A DNA stretch of 64,000 nucleotides from the human T2T-CHM13v2.0 reference genome, Homo sapiens. A program made the position numbers and the translations under genes. Positions 58,117 to 64,000 of the stretch are shown here, piece after piece; position 1 is the stretch's first letter; every line of letters begins with the position of its first letter. Location: the NCBI RefSeq assembly GCF_009914755.1, contig NC_060936.1; one strand, given 5' to 3'. The notes under the pieces are model-generated. The model was not told the origin of the DNA. It searched no databases and was given only the letters and a program-made list of their open reading frames with translations.

Positions 58117-58208
58117 TTTTTTTTTTAGAAACAAGGTCTTGCTATGTTTCCCAGGCTGGTCTTGAACCCGTGGGCTCAAGTGATTCTCCTGCCTCAGTGC
58201 CCCAACTA
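58117..58208 (-). mobile_element. Truncated Alu monomer (FLAM-like)
   Basis: T-run, agaaacaaggtcttgctatgtttcccaggctggtcttgaac...; tccacaacat on both sides. Confidence 0.8.
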
Positions 58209-58725
58209 GTCCACAACATATTGTAAACATAGTTGTCATCAATGAGCAGATGCCAACCTTCAGCTCCTCTACTCCATCTCTATTAAGACTTATAGACTGT
58301 CAGCAGCTGGCATACAGCCAGTAAATGGAATCCTGTCATGAATCACGGTGTCACTCCATTAATTCAAAGGGCACACACTATTTCCTAAACACAGCTCTTT
58401 TTCCTTATGACCAAGCTTCCTCCTAATTAGGCAAAAAAGTAAATTCTCCTTCTCTTTTAAAAGTCTCAGCCAATATTAAGGTTGCTTAAGTTCTTTCATA
58501 CAAATTCTAGCTGGAAGATTTTAAATTAATCTGAACTTTGTCTTATGACTTCTGAGCACAATTTGTACTATAAATAAACATGTTTAACCTAGTAGATACT
58601 AACATAAAAATCAGGTATTGAGTAAAAACTATATTTTCTTTTTTGTACTTTCTGGATTATCTTACTTATTAGGAATCATTTTCTTTATGAACCCACTATT
58701 TCCCTCTTAATTGTATATTACATAC

Positions 58726-58884
58726 ATTGTCACCCTCGCTTCTCAGTTTCCAGAACGGATGAATATAAAACCAAGACCCTTCATTTCCTGCAGCATCCAA
58801 GGACACACGCATGGCATTCTTCTCCAGTAAAGCAGGTAATCTCTTGTTGACAGTAAGATATTTGTTGCTTTTTATATGCAGTAG
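58726..58884 (-). CDS. ITPR2: ITPR2 exon 5 (159 nt): [53 protein letters not shown]
   Basis: AG 58886-58885, GTATGT donor from 58725; suppressor domain. Confidence 0.97.
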
Positions 58885-60987
58885 CTATAGGGAAAAGACA
58901 TAGATTACCACCTTTATTCTTTGTTCTCCTCTGTTAATTACATTCATATGTTTTATACATGTATCATATATTCATCTAACATGGCTTGAGATGAAAATTA
59001 AACAAAGGAGTATTTTCAGCCTCCACACTCACCATCTTTCCTACTTGACTTTCTTTGGGTTCTTCCTCCCCTTCACCCCAATTCTGCTTCATAATGAAGT
59101 CGGCATAATAGGGAAAAAAAAACAGGGGACCCCTCCGAGTGATTTTCATCTACTGATAAATAATGGCTAAAACTAGGTTTTCCAAAGGAGACCTTGAGTT
59201 TCCCCAAAACCACATCCTTTCTCAATGCCTGCATAGCCACAAAAACAGAATATACTAAAGAAAGGCCAAGAAACTCAAATAATGCACCAACCCACTTACT
59301 ATTATTAACCAGCCCTGCCCACAGTCAGCCCTGATTCTTCCTCTGTAAGGAGGCAGCTGCTCATCCTAAATAGGCTTCTACACCTTCTGCCAGGGGATGC
59401 TGACCCTACCCCCTCCCAGATGAGTGTAAAAGCATCACTTCTCAGATTTTTTTGGACTTTGTGAACAAAATCTTACAAAAACATGATTCTACTGAGTAGC
59501 AAAACCAAAACAAAATAACCTTTCCATCTATTATTACAATCATTTCAAAAAACAATGGTCATTTTAGTACTCACAATATAAGTAAGAAATTATCTCAAAA
59601 TAAAGTACGGTTCTTTAATTGAAAAAAAATCAGCATTTTAAAATGCTCATTATCATACTCTTGGGTCCTTATGTTACCACAAAGCAATGGAAACCCTCAT
59701 GGGCTGGACTTTGGGATCCACCATGTTCAAGAACATGGCTCAGCCCCTCACTGACCAAGCTAACACCTGCGCTTCGGGTACTTGACAAGAAACATAAGTT
59801 CCACTTGCTGACATTTAACCGAAACTTGGTTAAGAGAAACTCTATTTATGAAGGATTGCCCCAGGGACATCCAGCCCACTCAGGTTGCAGGTTTCACATT
59901 ATCCATCATTCGATTAAGTCATACATTCAGGGAGCTGCCGACCCAGCTTCTCTCATCTTATCCCAACAGTGCACTGCTTTGACTGCCCTGTGTTCTGGCA
60001 TTTTGCCATTGGCCAGTAACAAAATATCAGGGATATTATTTTAAAAGACAGCTCTATGAAATGCCTCATTGTAGCATTTACTGTAAGGAAGCTGTCAAGG
60101 CTATTGTTTACTATATTACACAGTGTCCTCTTTATGAGCACACATAGGAGAAACACTTCCCTGGTCCTATTCCTGGGAACAGTTGTGCTTCTAGACCTCT
60201 GATTTGGCTCTGTGCTGCGGATCTCCTAGCCAACGATGTAACAGACTATGCTTCCCTATGGCTAAGAGGGCAAGAAAAAGCCTTCAAGTCAAAATTTACC
60301 AGACTTTACAACATGGTTTTTATAAACATGCCTTACCCCGATTTCAATTTATTCATCCAACCATGATTTTCCCTGTGACCAATTGCTTTATTTATTTGTA
60401 TTTTATCTCACTATGTAGCTCTGTATTTTGGAAAGTGCCTTACATTCTTTTTTGAAAAAGGTGGGGCATATATTAACAAATAACCAAGTAAGAAGCTAAA
60501 AAGATCTAAGTGAAACACAGGAAAGGAATGCAGCTGAGATAAAACAACAGTGTGTGCATACTAATAGAAATAGAAGACCTTCTAATAACAATTCAAGGAT
60601 GACTTCCAACTGAAAGTGAAAACTTTTCTCTCTTCACAAAATGAAAAGCTAAGCTCCATATGTTAAACACAGTCCCATTAATCTAAAGGACTATTTCAGA
60701 ACAGGCCTTTAGAAATTGTTTCCTGACCCTCTTCTTTTTGATGTAATAACTTGTGTATACATCCAGATAAGATCACTTCTTTATGTGTAAAATCAGATTT
60801 ATTCTTAAACATACAGAATAGTGCAGCACATATCAAATGAATACATCACAATACGTCACAACATCGATAATTCCCATCAAAGAACAAACTTCCTGTATCT
60901 CAAAATTTTAACGCAGTTTGGCTTTCCTGCCAACTTACTGACAAACTCCACATAAAATACTCACCTCGTTTAAGAGAAAATACTTAC

Positions 60988-61074
60988 TTGTATAACATTA
61001 CTGTATTTTACAATTTCTCCCAACAGTTTCTTATTCTCCGATTCATTTTGTTTTTGTTCCAGTTCTGCAGCGTG
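60988..61074 (-). CDS. ITPR2: ITPR2 exon 4 (87 nt): [29 protein letters not shown]
   Basis: AG 61076-61075, GTAAGT donor from 60987. Confidence 0.97.
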
Positions 61075-61183
61075 CTATAAGATGATTATCAAATATTCAG
61101 TGTAGAAATATAGTAAACAGAGTGTAATAACTGACAAAGAAATTTTTTTTAGGAACAAGACTATAGCCAGGAATAAAATAGGC

Positions 61184-61317
61184 TAGTAGTAGAGTCAGGA
61201 CTGTAATCTTAGTTTAGGTGTTTTGTTTTGCTTTATGTTTCCATCATATCATATTGTCTTTCAGATTTTCACGTCATATTCATCCAAGTATTTGGAAACT
61301 TGGGGAGTGGATGACTC
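61184..61317. repeat. Inverted repeat, left arm (intron 3)
   Basis: Reverse complement of 62542-62675; 6 mismatches in 134 bp, no indels. Confidence 0.97.
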
Positions 61318-61981
61318 CCCAAAGGGAGCAGTAATTAAATAAATGATTATAATATAGTGTGATGATTTGTCAATGTATGCTGAAATGCCCTCCAACATGT
61401 CTTGGGCCACTTTTATGTTGGACATTTCAGAAAAGTACTAGGCTCTTTGTTCTTTTAAAATTACTTTAAGAAGGTATATTGCTAGAAAAACCAACCAGGA
61501 TAATAGTAGAATTTCCAAAGTCTCAAAAATAAAAGTTCTTAATTCTGAAAGTACCAGGAATTTTAATGAGGCAAAATTAAGTTCTATCGAATTTACACTC
61601 AGACAAACCATAAACAATGGTCTTTCAATTATTTTTCTCCATAGTTTCTTTCAGGAAAAATATCAAGGATTATGTCAAGTAAAATATAACTGGATTTAAT
61701 ATTCTTACAGAGATTCTGAATTGGTTTTCATTTTGATGGGAAGCTTTGAATTAGTCTGGCACACCCTAAAAAACAGCAGCAGTAATGTGCTACCTACATG
61801 CCAGGAAATAGATGGTCACACCCTATTACTTGAAAAGCCCTTCTACTTTCAATGTGTTGCTATATGTATTCTAAATCTCTGTGTTTTGGGTGAAAGGACA
61901 AAGCTAGAAAGCTCTAAATACATTTTTATTATTGCTGTACTTGGTTAGCCTAAGCCAGACAATTGGAATCCTGGTCCTTAC

Positions 61982-62097
61982 CTGTAGTTTCTTCAGCAAG
62001 GCTGCCTCGGTGTGGTTCCCTTGTTTGGCTTGCTTTGCTTTCCAATATTGCTTCTGGGCAGAATATCTGTTCATAGGGCACACCTTGAAAAGGCAGT
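61982..62097 (-). CDS. ITPR2: ITPR2 exon 3 (116 nt): (D)[38 protein letters not shown]
   Basis: AG 62099-62098, GTAAGG donor from 61981; [11 protein letters not shown] is conserved in IP3 receptors. Confidence 0.97.
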
Positions 62098-62541
62098 CTG
62101 TGACAAACCAACATACAAAAACACTGTAACTAAGGCTACTAGCATTTCTTAGATTTCCCTTATAGCTCAGCTTTTGAATCTTGGAATCCCTGATTATACA
62201 GAACAGTTAAAAGTCATATAGTCCGTCCTCCAGCCAACTCTCCATTCACTCTATAACATCCTTTTCAAATAATTATCTAGACTCAGTTAAAATATCCACT
62301 TCTTCATTAATTTAAGTTTTTTAAAGACTACGATAGCCAGTGTATAAAGAAATCAAACCCATGTAATTGTGGTATTATAAGGCATGGATTAATTATAATG
62401 GGGCACCTGGTCTTAGAAAGCAAATAGAATGAGATTAGTGACTTTCACTGCCTTATCTGACTTTGCACAATTAATACACATTGGTGCTGTGTATATTTGA
62501 CAGCCAAAGTGATCCAGGAAGTAGATCCCAGCTGACCATTA

Positions 62542-62675
62542 GAGTCATCCACTCCCCAAGTTTCCAAATACCTGGGTGAATATGATGTGAAAATCTGAAA
62601 GACAATATGATATGATGGAAACATAAAGCAAAACAAAACACCTAAACCAAGATTACAGTCCTGACTCTATTGCTA
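62542..62675. repeat. Inverted repeat, right arm (intron 2)
   Basis: Reverse complement of 61184-61317. Confidence 0.97.
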
Positions 62676-64000
62676 AACATCAAGATAGAAAATCATAGAG
62701 GAATATTATAGTTGTGATATCTCTAAGTCAAGAAGCAAAATATACGTTTTATTTTCAATGAGGAGAATGGAAGAACTCAACAGTTTCGCCACATGCTAAT
62801 GATTTTGTATGCTTGTGGAATAGATTACAATCTAGAATAAAGGTAAATTCTCAGTATTCTATCATAAAAGAGTAGTAATACAGAAAATTCAAACCTTATT
62901 TTCATTTTTCTCATAAAAAACTGTGAGTTCAACATAACAAATTTACTTTATTTTGACTGATGTGTTGATATTTAGAGTCATTCTCATTCGACAAATAACT
63001 ATCACAAAAATAAAATTCAGTCAACTCAAATATCCACTTTAGCCACATTATTGACTACATTATATAATATGCTTGTTCCACTATTTTCCTTAAAATTAAT
63101 TGTATTTAAAAAGATGATACCTTTTCAAATATCACTTTTTCATGGTTCTAATGGCATAAATGATCAAGAAATATGGCTGTAAAATTTGTAAGGAATGTAG
63201 GAAAAACAAGACAATGATGATTTTTTTCTATAAGAACACATATTCCCCATGTGATTGCCCCACCCCCCATATACAGACAAGGTAATAGTAAACTAATCTT
63301 AATTTCTAGTTTAAAGGGTACTGATATGGATAAGTAAATATCTCATAGGTAGTAGAAAACAGATACCTTCAAACTGCTAAAAGTAGGCTTAGAGGCCACC
63401 ACAATTACAGTATGATACAGGAATCAACACCTAGCACGTGTGTGACCAAAGACGGACAGCCTGGAAAATGTTTTCCTTGGCAGTGTATCATACTAGCCCT
63501 AAAAGTTATTTCCTGTATCTTAGCAACTACAAAGAGAATTTTACAAATTTCTTGAAGCACAAATCCACAAGTTGTTTACAGATATTTCCATAAGAGTGCT
63601 CCCAATTTAATACAGCAGACTCTTTTGACTATCCTATATTAGGCAAGTGGCAAAACTCTATACTGTCTGCACTCAGCAAAAGCACAAATCCATGATCAAG
63701 GGGAACTGAACTCCATAATCTGGAATTTATGCTTCTGACTTTCTTCATGTATAAAAAGGAAAGAGAAAAAATTGTGTTTCTCTTCATTATTACAGATTCC
63801 TAATTAAGGTCAATTGGAAATGATCCTTTAACAGAAAAAATATTTTTGTAAATCCCAGACCACCTCAACAGCACTCCTAATTAGCGATATCTTTGGGGAG
63901 TCAGCAAACTGGCTGTCAGGCCAAATGCTCCTGAGTGGTGGCTGAGGTCACTGTGAAGTGAAGCCAAACTTTCAGCCAAACTGTGTTTACTGTAATCCCC

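Overview
Human-like (primate) genomic DNA lying entirely inside ITPR2 (inositol 1,4,5-trisphosphate receptor type 2), which is transcribed on the minus strand. Thirteen coding exons were located by hand with GT/AG boundaries and a continuous frame. By my recollection of the reference numbering these are exons 3-15 (residues ~55-569; exon 15 runs off the left edge), covering the suppressor domain and IP3-binding core. The stop-containing TIPR exon (DASFWI*) is in intron 5. The introns hold a full-length but inactivated L1PA3-like LINE-1 antisense to the gene, 13 Alus, older L1M/L2/MIR, MER DNA transposons, two solo LTRs and microsatellites. Less expected structure: (1) a 134-bp, ~95% identical inverted repeat, not recognised as a transposon, that brackets frame-shifting exon 3; (2) a ~150-bp inverted templated duplication that copies a CTCF motif into a divergent pair 4 kb apart; (3) an L1 ORF0 splice donor in phase with ITPR2 exon 14; (4) a ~950-bp TSD-flanked, poly(A)-tailed retrocopy of an unidentified 3'UTR-like sequence. 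Repeat subfamily names and boundaries come from memory of consensus sequences and are approximate. No database search was run.
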